Origin: Mizuhopecten yessoensis
Lineage: Eukaryota
Length of the DNA stretch: 64,000 nucleotides
NCBI RefSeq assembly: GCF_002113885.1
Contig: NW_018404308.1
Coordinates: forward strand, 610,961-674,960
Direction: 5' to 3'
Shown here: positions 51,001 to 61,685 of the stretch, piece after piece
Layout of the letters: each line of letters starts with the position of its first letter
Position numbering within the stretch: the stretch's first letter is position 1
Made by a program: the position numbers and the translations under genes
The notes under the pieces: model-generated
What the model was told of the DNA's origin: nothing
What the model saw: the letters and a program-made list of their open reading frames with translations, nothing else
The model's database searches: none

Positions 51001-52733
51001 TCCTTAATAATAGTAGGACTGTATGGAGAGTTACATAATTGTACTTAATAATAGTAAGACTGTATGGAAAGTTACATAATTGTCCTTAATAATAGTAGGA
51101 CTGTATGGAGAGTTACATAATTGTCCCTAATAATAGTAAGACTGTATGGAGAGTTACATAATTGTCCTTAATAATAAGACTGTATGGAGAGTTACATAAC
51201 CCCCTTAATAATAGTAAGACTGTATGGAGAGTTACATAATTGTCGTTATTAAGCTAACTATTTCTACAAAAACTGAAATTCTAGACACCATATACAATGT
51301 ACATACTATAAACATACCTATTTCACTGGTAATCTTATTTTTGCACTTTTCGTTCTTTAAATATTATTGCCTTAAATTATAACTGAAGTCTGAAAAAAGA
51401 ATCCTCAAAGGATGTCAATGTTTACAGAAACATGTATATAGGTTCCACAATAACCACAGCATTCTCATTTTCAAAAGTTGGAAACCTACCCAGTGCTTCC
51501 ATATTGTAAGGATGAAAAATATGGAGGAAGAAACAGACTACCTGAAAGTAAAGTTTTGGATTGTAGTGTGTGGTAAATTTGATATCGAACAAAGGATATA
51601 TTTAGAGGACAAAATACTCACATCAGGAAAAGTTAGGTAATGTCGTGGTAGATCAGTTTTTGCTCCATCCTGTGCAACATCAACCAAACTGATCAGTTAA
51701 ATTTAAATAATATAAACTCACTTACAATTATTTCCTTCTGGATTTTGACATCTATGTATCTAACAATGTAGACATAAATGTGATTAATTTTAGCAACAGG
51801 TAAAACACGACTTTATATATTGGAACAAAGACAAAAACTTGGTTTGTTTGTAAATTATGAGACATCACAACAAAAACAGATCAGTCAGTGACATTTAGAT
51901 AATAAATGCTCTTGGATACAGTAACACTTATAGCTTTTATATTTATACAGAAAGAACACATCAGAAATTTTAACCTGTTATTGCAGTATTTTGATTTTAA
52001 AGATGAATTTTGTCAACGCTGCTTCCACCAATCTGACACAACCTTATTTACAGAGATACAGTGTATATATATTACCAATCCTCCTGTGTCGAAGATTCTC
52101 ACTTTCTCCTTAAGTCCTCTGTCTGTTTCTATCATAGCTGTATAAATGTCCTCAATGGTGGAGTGCATGGGCTAAACAGAAATAAGTTTTATAATTTTTT
52201 AACAGAACAACTGTTTGATCAAGGACATAAGAATATGGAGGGCATTGGGAAAGTTTACCCTGGTTTAACCCTTTCACCCCTTTGTAACTTTAGTAGAATC
52301 TACCATGCATTGATATGGATGAGTTCATAATGGTCTACAGTGTCGAAAGGGTTAAACATGATTTACCTCCCAAGATAAAACTCCTGGAAAGCCGAAGTAC
52401 TGCCAGTTTTTCAAAAGAAAGAAATTGAAGAGATGTTTTTGCAGAAATAAGTGTTAATTAGAAACTACTATAAGAGAAATGAAAATTAATGATATCTGTA
52501 TACCAACCATACAATGGCCATTTTGTTTTCGTTACAAGTCTGTCCACAATGTTATGTCTGTCATACCTACCAGATTTACTAACCACGTGGATTTTGATGG
52601 AAGTCTTTGTCCACAAAATAATGTCTTTACTTACCATACCAGCCACATGGTTCCCATATATTAGCTGTTCTATGGCAGCAGTCTTTCCAACACCTGAGTG
52701 TCCACATACCAAAATCTTACTGATCTTCCCCAT
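45016..52733 (-). CDS. NKIRAS: NF-kappa-B inhibitor-interacting Ras-like protein (kappaB-Ras), 7 coding exons, 189 aa
   Basis: Exons 52733-52635, 52171-52076, 51669-51622, 49810-49715, 48728-48635, 46164-46078, 45065-45016. [87 protein letters not shown]; no CAAX, as expected for kappaB-Ras. Confidence 0.95.
45270..45492. mobile_element. MITE in the last NKIRAS intron
   Basis: aaaaaggttgtttgctgtttc / gaaactgcaaacaaacattttt inverted ends. Confidence 0.5.
46078..46164 (-). CDS. NKIRAS: NKIRAS coding exon 6
   Basis: [29 protein letters not shown]. Confidence 0.92.
46187..47883. repeat. 22-bp minisatellite abutting the NKIRAS exon 6 acceptor region
   Basis: Unit aaccaatcaatc(c/a)g(g/a)taaccca. 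Confidence 0.97.
48178..48670. repeat. 31/58-bp minisatellite, about 12 copies of NKIRAS exon 5 end plus donor
   Basis: Unit taacagtacctttctctctgttagcccacat(ctgtgctgtattaatcttatatgatac). Confidence 0.95.
48635..48728 (-). CDS. NKIRAS: NKIRAS coding exon 5
   Basis: [11 protein letters not shown]...AQTWANREK. Confidence 0.92.
49715..49810 (-). CDS. NKIRAS: NKIRAS coding exon 4
   Basis: [15 protein letters not shown]...DKNREKRE. Confidence 0.93.
49899..51243. repeat. About 41-bp minisatellite with higher-order variants (NKIRAS intron)
   Basis: Unit taagactgtatggagagttacataattgtccttaataatag. Confidence 0.96.
51622..51669 (-). CDS. NKIRAS: NKIRAS coding exon 3
   Basis: [16 protein letters not shown]. 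Confidence 0.9.
52076..52171 (-). CDS. NKIRAS: NKIRAS coding exon 2
   Basis: [10 protein letters not shown]...RIFDTGGL. Confidence 0.93.
52269..52351. mobile_element. Tiny piggyBac-like MITE
   Basis: TTAA-ccctttc ... gaaaggg-TTAA. Confidence 0.5.
52635..52733 (-). CDS. NKIRAS: NKIRAS coding exon 1 (P-loop)
   Basis: GHSGVGKT; gtaagt donor. Confidence 0.93.
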
Positions 52734-53786
52734 TGTTTTCAGCTGTCAGCCGTCACCCACGGCACATATTTAAAAAAAATATATTTGCCAGACCTACAAC
52801 ACATTAAAAATGTATTGTTAAAGTATCAGTTTATTTGTAAGTTTAAGGAGAAGTTTAAGCTGAGGAATTTGCAAAAGAGTTAGATCAACTTGCACATTTT
52901 TTTCTTTCTCCTGTTACACTTTTAATGAGTCATGTTTTTTTTTTCTCTGCTCAGTTTATGTGTTAGACCACGGAATTAGAGTTATCTAAGTCCGTGGTTA
53001 GACATAGCTCTTTACAAAATTATTTTACAAAAGACGCAAAGTGAACCTTCTTGTAACTGTACATGTTTGCAACGATGTTAGCCGTCAACAGGTCAACTGG
53101 CCAAGGAAGAGTTAACCTTGGTTTTCCAAGAACTGTGTGTGAGGGGCCAGAAGTATCAAGTACAAGATGTCGCGAAGGACAAATATGCTTTCCTGAACAC
53201 TTTCTATCAATTTATGAATTCGTTGGCATGCATACACACCTGTAAATTCTGTCAACTCCAGGCCTACTTCGGGCCTAGGTGTTTCCGATCCGTGTTGTCA
53301 TTTTCCCGAAAACTTGTCTGTCTCATCACAACTCTTATTTTGTACAAGGACCTACGCCTATAACTTAAGCATCTTTATGATAGAGACAATATTTGGCTAG
53401 CCTCCAATTTATTGGCTGCAACGAAATGCACTTGTTTTCCTATTATGGTTGGACCGCATAAAACAAAGTTGTTCGTTTATGATATGGGTATAAGAGCCGT
53501 TGGAGAACAGCGATCAACGGGAAGTAACTCGTAAAGATATTCGGATATTTTCGCAGCTCAATTCATTTCGTTTGCCCCTGACGTTTGTCTCCCTTATCAA
53601 CATCACTACGTCCTTATAATGCTGTATCCTCAAGGCTAGCTTTCACGGACAAGGATATGGATATATCGACATTATCGATCCACGAGTAATTTTGCAGGTC
53701 ACTGTTTATATCTTCTGCCATAGTAGGTTAATAAAAGTTGACATTTTATTATTTTAGATTACATTAATTATAGAACATTATGAAAC

Positions 53787-54852
53787 CAGGCGCGTAACAA
53801 CCTATGTAGCAAAAAAAGCCCGGGCTTACACATTATTTTTGACAAAATGAAAAAAATATAAACGCAACATAGACTATATGATATAAAATATTAAAAAGCA
53901 ATGACAGATGTTTTGTATCTGCTATAAAGACCGCCAACTAAAATGCTTGGTTGCAATCAAAGTCTCTAACAAATGTAGAACTGAGGGTAGCATATTCATT
54001 CGGCATGGTAATCGCGCCAGTGAAACTCTAGCCTTGCTAATTATCGGTGTACCCCAAAATCTAACTCTAGTTTTCCCCGTGAAATAAAGTGTGTCTAAGT
54101 TTTTTTACCGCTTTTAAACATATAAAGGGAACAATATGGTTGGTAGCCTGGCTTCAATCATTTGACATGGTAACCGCGTCAGTGCAACTCTAGCTCTAGC
54201 TATGCAAATTATTGGTATACACATAGTACTCACTAGCCCCCCCCCCCCCGTGAAATAAACTGTTTCTATGATTTTTATCCCCTTTATTAATACAAAATAC
54301 ATATGGAATGGTCATAAACCATGGCTTTATATTTTACACATTGACCAGTATATCGGTTCTTATGTACATAATGTTAAACTATTCCTAGTGCTAGCTTGTG
54401 ATACTAGTCTCATATCCCTGCGCAACCGGAGTCACAGTCGCGAGGAGAAACGTCACACTCTTACAACAACTATCCCAAAATCCACATGATTTTAGATTTT
54501 TCTTTTCCGTGGAATAATGTTACCGAACTCCATAATAGAATTGGCGTAGATGAGTACCAATCCCTACGTACCCAAAAAGAAGCAAAATATTTGTAAAATA
54601 ATAGGGGAAAACGATATTTTCTTGCTTTAAAATGGCCATTAAAACTGACACCAGAACAAGGGAGAACGCGTCTCATGTGTTCTAGAAAACAAAATTCTCC
54701 TGGGGGAGACCCCCCAGACCCCCACCAATGGGAGGGGGAAAACCCCCTCACATACCCTCCCCCTCCTCGCGCTACGCGCTTCGGGGTGCTGCCTTCGGCA
54801 GCACACTTCATCATTGGGCTTACACATTGAAAACCCGTTTGTTACGCCCCTG
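53787..54852. mobile_element. Non-autonomous TIR transposon (hAT-like)
   Basis: 14-bp TIRs caggcgcgtaacaa / ttgttacgcccctg (1 mismatch); subterminal direct repeat gggcttacacatt; TSD cannot be tested because the gap starts at the TIR. Confidence 0.75.
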
Positions 54853-55588
54853 NNNNNNNNNNNNNNNNNNNNNNNNNNNNNNNNNNNNNNNNNNNNNNNN
54901 NNNNNNNNNNNNNNNNNNNNNNNNNNNNNNNNNNNNNNNNNNNNNNNNNNNNNNNNNNNNNNNNNNNNNNNNNNNNNNNNNNNNNNNNNNNNNNNNNNNN
55001 NNNNNNNNNNNNNNNNNNNNNNNNNNNNNNNNNNNNNNNNNNNNNNNNNNNNNNNNNNNNNNNNNNNNNNNNNNNNNNNNNNNNNNNNNNNNNNNNNNNN
55101 NNNNNNNNNNNNNNNNNNNNNNNNNNNNNNNNNNNNNNNNNNNNNNNNNNNNNNNNNNNNNNNNNNNNNNNNNNNNNNNNNNNNNNNNNNNNNNNNNNNN
55201 NNNNNNNNNNNNNNNNNNNNNNNNNNNNNNNNNNNNNNNNNNNNNNNNNNNNNNNNNNNNNNNNNNNNNNNNNNNNNNNNNNNNNNNNNNNNNNNNNNNN
55301 NNNNNNNNNNNNNNNNNNNNNNNNNNNNNNNNNNNNNNNNNNNNNNNNNNNNNNNNNNNNNNNNNNNNNNNNNNNNNNNNNNNNNNNNNNNNNNNNNNNN
55401 NNNNNNNNNNNNNNNNNNNNNNNNNNNNNNNNNNNNNNNNNNNNNNNNNNNNNNNNNNNNNNNNNNNNNNNNNNNNNNNNNNNNNNNNNNNNNNNNNNNN
55501 NNNNNNNNNNNNNNNNNNNNNNNNNNNNNNNNNNNNNNNNNNNNNNNNNNNNNNNNNNNNNNNNNNNNNNNNNNNNNNNNNNNNNNNN
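54853..55588. other. Assembly gap (736 N)
   Basis: Run of N. Confidence 1.
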
Positions 55589-58435
55589 ATTAATTTTACC
55601 GTTTGTGTTCCCTGTCATTAATTTTACCGTTTGTGTTCCCTGTAATTAATTTTACCGTTTGTGTTCCCTGTCATTAATTTTACCGTTTGGGTTCCCTGTC
55701 ATTAATTTTACCGTTTGGGTTCCCTGTCATTAATTTTACCATTTGTTTTGCCCTGTTATTAAGTAATTTTACTGTTTGGGTTCCCTGTTAGTTATTTTAC
55801 CGTTTGGGTTCCCTGTCATTATTTTTACTGTTTGGTTTCCCTATAATTATTGTTTCTGTTTGGTTTCCCTGTTATTATTGTTACCGTTGAGGTTTCCCTG
55901 TTATTATTTTTTTATTTTTTGGTTTCCCTATTTCTAGTTTTATTGTTAGGTTTACCTATTATTAATTTTATCGTTTGGATTCCCTGTTGTTATTTTTACC
56001 GTTTGGGTTCCTTTTATTATTTTTTATCATTCGGGTTCCCTATTGTTATTACTACTACTGTTTGGGTTCCCAGTTATTATTTTTTTACCGTTTGGGTTAT
56101 CCTATTATTATTTTTACTGTTTGGATTCCATGATATTAATTTTACCGTTTGGGTTCCCTATTATTATTTTTAACGTTTGGTTTTTACCTGTTACTAATTA
56201 ATTTTACTGTTTGGTTTCCCAGTTATTATTTTTTATCGTTCGGGTTCCCTATTATTATTATTACTGTTTGGTTTCCCAGTTATTATTTTTTATCGTTCGG
56301 GTTCCCTATTATTATTATTACTGTTTGGTTTCCCAGTTATTATTTTTTATCGTTCGGGTTCCCTATTATTATTATTACTGTTTGGTTTCCCAGTTATTAT
56401 TTTTTATCGTTCGGGTTCCCTATTATTATTATTACTGTTTGGTTTCCCAGTTATTATTTTTTATCGTTCGGGTTCCCTATTATTATTATTACTGTTTGGT
56501 TTCCCAGTTATTATTTTTTATCGTTCGGGTTCCCTATTATTATTATTACTGTTTGGTTTCCCAGTTATTATTTTTTATCGTTCGGGTTCCCTATTATTAT
56601 TATTACTGTTTGGTTTCCCAGTTATTATTTTTTATCGTTCGGGTTCCCTATTATTATTATTACTGTTTGGTTTCCCAGTTATTATTTTTTATCGTTCGGG
56701 TTCCCTATTATTATTATTACTGTTTGGTTTCCCAGTTATTATTTTTTATCGTTCGGGTTCCCTATTATTATTATTACTGTTTGGTTTCCCAGTTATTATT
56801 TTTTATCGTTCGGGTTCCCTATTATTATTATTACTGTTTGGTTTCCCAGTTATTATTTTTTATCGTTCGGGTTCCCTATTATTATTATTACTGTTTGGTT
56901 TCCCAGTTATTATTTTTTATCGTTCGGGTTCCCTATTATTATTATTACTGTTTGGTTTCCCAGTTATTATTTTTTATCGTTCGGGTTCCCTATTATTATT
57001 ATTACTGTTTGGTTTCCCAGTTATTATTTTTTATCGTTCGGGTTCCCTATTATTATTATTACTGTTTGGTTTCCCAGTTATTATTTTTTATCGTTCGGGT
57101 TCCCTATTATTATTATTACTGTTTGGTTTCCCAGTTATTATTTTTTATCGTTCGGGTTCCCTATTATTATTATTACTGTTTGGTTTCCCAGTTATTATTT
57201 TTTATCGTTCGGGTTCCCTATTATTATTATTACTGTTTGGTTTCCCAGTTATTATTTTTTATCGTTCGGGTTCCCTATTATTATTATTACTGTTTGGTTT
57301 CCCAGTTATTATTTTTTATCGTTCGGGTTCCCTATTATTATTATTACTGTTTGGTTTCCCAGTTATTATTTTTTATCGTTCGGGTTCCCTATTATTATTA
57401 TTACTGTTTGGTTTCCCAGTTATTATTTTTTATCGTTCGGGTTCCCTATTATTATTATTACTGTTTGGTTTCCCAGTTATTATTTTTTATCGTTCGGGTT
57501 CCCTATTATTATTATTACTGTTTGGTTTCCCAGTTATTATTTTTTATCGTTCGGGTTCCCTATTATTATTATTACTGTTTGGTTTCCCAGTTATTATTTT
57601 TTATCGTTCGGGTTCCCTATTATTATTATTACTGTTTGGTTTCCCAGTTATTATTTTTTATCGTTCGGGTTCCCTATTATTATTATTACTGTTTGGTTTC
57701 CCAGTTATTATTTTTTATCGTTCGGGTTCCCTATTATTACTACTACTACTGTTTGGGCTCCCTGTTATTATTTTTTATCGTTCGGGTTCCCTATTATTAT
57801 TACTACTACTGTTTGGGCTCCCTGTTATTATTTTTACCGTTTGGTTTCCAAGTTATTATTTTTACCGTTTGGGTTATCCTATTATTATTTTTACCGTTTG
57901 GGTTATCCTATTATTATTTTTACTGTTTGGATATCATTATATTGATTTTACCGTTTGGGTTCCCTGTTATTACTTTAAACATATTTATTGCCATTAAAAT
58001 TGAACAAAGGATTTGGGTTCCCTGTTATTAATTTTACTGTTTGGTTTCCCTGTTATTAATTTAACTGTTCGGGTAGCATTGTTATTATTTTGACGATTTT
58101 GGTTTCCCTAATATTTTTTTCCGTTTGGGTTCCTTGTTTTAATTATACCGTTTAGTTTTTCTCTGTTTTTTTAATAATACCGTTTTGTCTTTTCCCTGAT
58201 ATTAATTTTCCGTTTGGATTCCCTGTTTTAATTTTTATTGCTTGGGCTCCCTTTTATTATTTTTACCGTTTGGGTTTCCCTGTTTTTGACTTAATTTCAC
58301 CGTTTGGTTTTTCCCTTTTATTCATTTCACCATTTGTTTTTTCCCTGTTATTAATTTCACAGTTTGGTTTTTCCCTGTTATGAATTGTATCGTTGAATTT
58401 ACCCTGTTATTAATGATATCGTTTGGGTTCCCTTA
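55589..58435. repeat. About 28-29-bp monomer satellite with homogeneous 57-bp dimer core (about 56200-57740)
   Basis: Core actgtttggtttcccagttattattttttatcgttcgggttccctattattattatt; degenerate flanks. Confidence 0.97.
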
Positions 58436-58947
58436 TAATAGCAATACAATCAATAAAGGCATTTACTTTAAAATCAATTGTATTGATTTTTTGTTTAAAA
58501 TTTTACTTTTATGCTAGTAATGTGATTATTTTTCAAGTGTTAAGGTAGCGACTATGATTGGTATGGAATTTTGATAAAAAATGTTTTAGGTGTCTTAATT
58601 ATAGCAAACAGAACTGGTACTGTCCAAATAAATATAACAAAGCATACTAGGATTGTTTTGTTGATGATGACGTCAACAATTACCACGAAGGTGTGTGTGG
58701 TTATAAGGAAGTTCAACCCATTGTTGCCAAATTCGATTTACATAAACTGTCCAGTTGTTTGTACTCCCCTTAAGAAAAAGTCTTGAAGTGTCGAATCTGT
58801 ACTCTATCATCAATAATGTTATGAGGCCTCCAATAAAGTTTATGTACTTAACGGGGAACAGACTTAGTTCAATCTTGTTCTTATGTTCGGTAACACAGAT
58901 TATTTTGTTGTTATGTTCCAGTAGCACAGAGAGAGAGAACGTAGTGG

Positions 58948-59025
58948 GCACCTAAACATTCCGCTAGAGGTCAGCACCTAAACATTCCGCTAGGGGTCAG
59001 CACCTTAAGATTCCGCTAGGGGTCC
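58948..59025. repeat. 26-bp tandem repeat x3
   Basis: gcacctaaacattccgctaggggtca. Confidence 0.85.
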
Positions 59026-60224
59026 TATAATGTTTTCAAACGTTACAGTGTTTTCAGGAAGATGCTGTAATGCTGAAGTACATGACGACACTCACATTCC
59101 CTTTGGGTAGTAAACAAAGACGTAACATCTGCAGGACTGCATTATGACTTACTAGTACTAAGAAGACTATTGTTTAATGTTCATACCCTACGGTGTAGAA
59201 TTATTGTAAGGGCCATACATTCTGTCTAGATTACGAACTGTCATAGACAGAAAGGAGTTATCAGGGAGGCCAAGAGTTGTAATGATCATCAATTATCTCC
59301 ACGGTTCACTGCTGAACGATGACCTTTTAATTCGTTGTCGTAACTGCAATATGTATAAAACCAAAATATTTCAATTTCTACTCAAGTTGGACTCAATGCA
59401 ACTACCAAATGTAATCATTTTGTAATGTTTCATTTGCCGATGAATTTGACCAGATTGACATTACCTGTGCGTATGAATACATATTTTCAGAGTTTGCGTA
59501 GGGAGATAACTATTCACCGTAACTATAACTAAGATACTGATTGTATGAGATTTTACGTTTTTATTAAAGCTACACAAGACATTGTTCAAGCAACCAAAAA
59601 TGATCAATCAGCAAAATATTATCAGCTCATGGTGGCTAGCGGTAGTGATAAGTCATGTACTGCCCTAGCAATTCTCCCTCCGGCTACCCATTCTGCCTCT
59701 TATGTAAATGTCAACCCCCGGTACAAATCGAAAACAACGTGGATCACATATCCATACGGTCCCGTCATATATGAAATGCAGTCGAACAGCCAACTGCCAT
59801 ATCAAATTGTTGCGTCCTTTCAAGCCATATCTGGTTTCCTGTCTAATTCGACATTCAATTACTGCAGCTTCTAATTCCAGAAAATGTAGAACCTCGAAAT
59901 TTAGCGGCTCTCCACTTCAAACTTAAACGATGGCTACATTAGACTCGCAGCTGAGCCTGCGCACCGTGTCTAAACACTATTCTACCGCGATGACGCATCA
60001 GAAATTTGATATCTTAACATATGAATTCATCAACAAAACTTAAATGTGATATTTTAAATATGATTTTGTGTTTTGTATCTTCATACGTTCACCATCATGT
60101 TGTATGATGATGATGGTCCTTCAATGACGGACTATATTTTGATATTACTCAATACGTAGACCTGCACAAGCTCCTGAATCTGGGACAAATTATCATATTG
60201 AAAAAAATGTTGATTGAAATAATA

Positions 60225-60355
60225 AGGTTTAAATCTTGCTTTGAACGACTTAATGGGATGATGAATTGAGTTGGCCTTGAAACAAATTCAACATGAACTC
60301 GCAGTTCGTTAATTCATCACCCCATGAAATCGACCAAAGCAAGATTCAATCCTTG
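60225..60355. mobile_element. Palindromic fold-back element
   Basis: aaggtttaaatcttgctttg...atgggatgatgaatt / aattcatcaccccat...caaagcaagattcaatcctt. Confidence 0.6.
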
Positions 60356-60629
60356 AATGAGCATTTTTTGCATTTACTAATCGCATGTAGTGCTTCAAAT
60401 TGGTTAATATTTATTCTATTTTTAATTCAAGAATACGAAATCTTAAGTATCGTTACACTTGTTTAAAGTTTGGAACACACAAATATTAGTTTGACTATTG
60501 CGATACATTTAGTTTCTTCTGTGGCGAATCACGGCTCCACTTTGCCGTCAAGTAGTATGTCCCTCATTTTGTTGATAACCTTCGCTGTCAAATAGACGCT
60601 TGAAGTATACATGTATTTATAGGATTTTA

Positions 60630-61564
60630 TGTAAACGTTTTAATGACACTGAAGAATCATAGGTGGCGCTAAGTTCGTCTGGCAGCAGACTATAAAAAGC
60701 CGTCGGCTAACTTCAGCAGCCCACTCTTCGTTCGATCGTCGGCAGAGACAGAAACACTTGTGAAAGGTAAATATGCTAGTATTGTACAGACGTGCCTGAA
60801 CAAGGCTTCCCTGTATCTTACTGCAAAGGCATAGAGATAATTTACTGAAGAGTAAGTACGGAGGTAGATGTGCCTGAGCAAGGCTTCCCTTCTCCGCTAC
60901 GGTTACTCTATGTGATCGGTACATCACATGATGGTGAATTATAACCTTGAGTCTGCCCTGTGATTGAGAGAAAGTGTATGGGAGCACTTGGCATGTAATA
61001 GCTAGAGAGTACTCAGTAGTTACTTTGAGAGGCTCGGTTTAGCTGTTGTTAGAGTGAGTGCTCGTTCTAGGGAGTACTCATCTCTTGGATATGTGATTCA
61101 TGTATTATATGTAGTGAGTGCTCAGTTATTCAATTCATACATTAGGTAAAGTGAGTGCTCGTTTTAGGGAGTACTCCTCTCTTAGATATGTGTTTATAGT
61201 TGGTGTAGCTAATTTACAGAAGGCAATTTCTTGTATAGTCCCAGGTAGGGAGTAATCATTTGTTGGCTAGGGAGTACTCAGTATTTCATTTTGAGTAGGG
61301 AGTACTCAGTATTTCGTTTTGAGTACTCATTTTGTTGTTATATATTTCATAGTTATTAGATCATAGTGTTGTACATTACTCAGAGGGACTGAGTGCTTTT
61401 AGACAGCAATTATATTGATTAATTCATTAGAAAAGGTACCCAATTATGCAAGTTACTTTATCTGTATATATCTGCACTGAGTAGCTCAAATAACATCTAC
61501 ATGTAGTATAGACAATCAGGATCTTCAGTGGAAGTGACTGATACGAACCCCTGTAAACGTCACA
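60630..61564 (+). mobile_element. 5' LTR of a Gypsy/Ty3 retrotransposon
   Basis: tgtaaacgttt...aaacgtcaca TG..CA ends, followed by a PBS; left boundary inferred without the 3' LTR. Confidence 0.7.
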
Positions 61565-61569
61565 TAATT

Positions 61570-61589
61570 TGGTGGCAGCGTCGGGATCC
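61570..61589 (+). promoter_or_regulatory. Primer binding site, tRNA-Leu-like
   Basis: tggtggcagcgtcgggatcc, complementary to a tRNA 3' end ...CGCTGCCACCA. Confidence 0.75.
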
Positions 61590-61685
61590 TTATTGCCTAT
61601 ATTTTATTCATTTGAACACTCAAGGTGTAAGTAACACTGAGTACTGTAATTGAATTAGATTGTAATTTTGTTAAAAAAGAGTTGT

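Noticed and set aside
5336-51243. CRISPR-like arrays
   Set aside because: Units are contiguous with no unique spacers, no cas genes, and the context is eukaryotic and intronic.
53063-53363. Short ORFs upstream of NKIRAS as a divergent gene
   Set aside because: No recognisable motif or supporting exons; more likely NKIRAS 5' UTR/promoter region.
54728-55621. ORFs of 258-297 aa
   Set aside because: Artefacts of the N gap.
56149-58031. 598-aa and 606-aa ORFs
   Set aside because: Translations of a 57-bp satellite that lacks stop codons in two frames; no gene context.
59545-59926. 109-aa and 72-aa ORFs
   Set aside because: No recognisable domain or splice structure.
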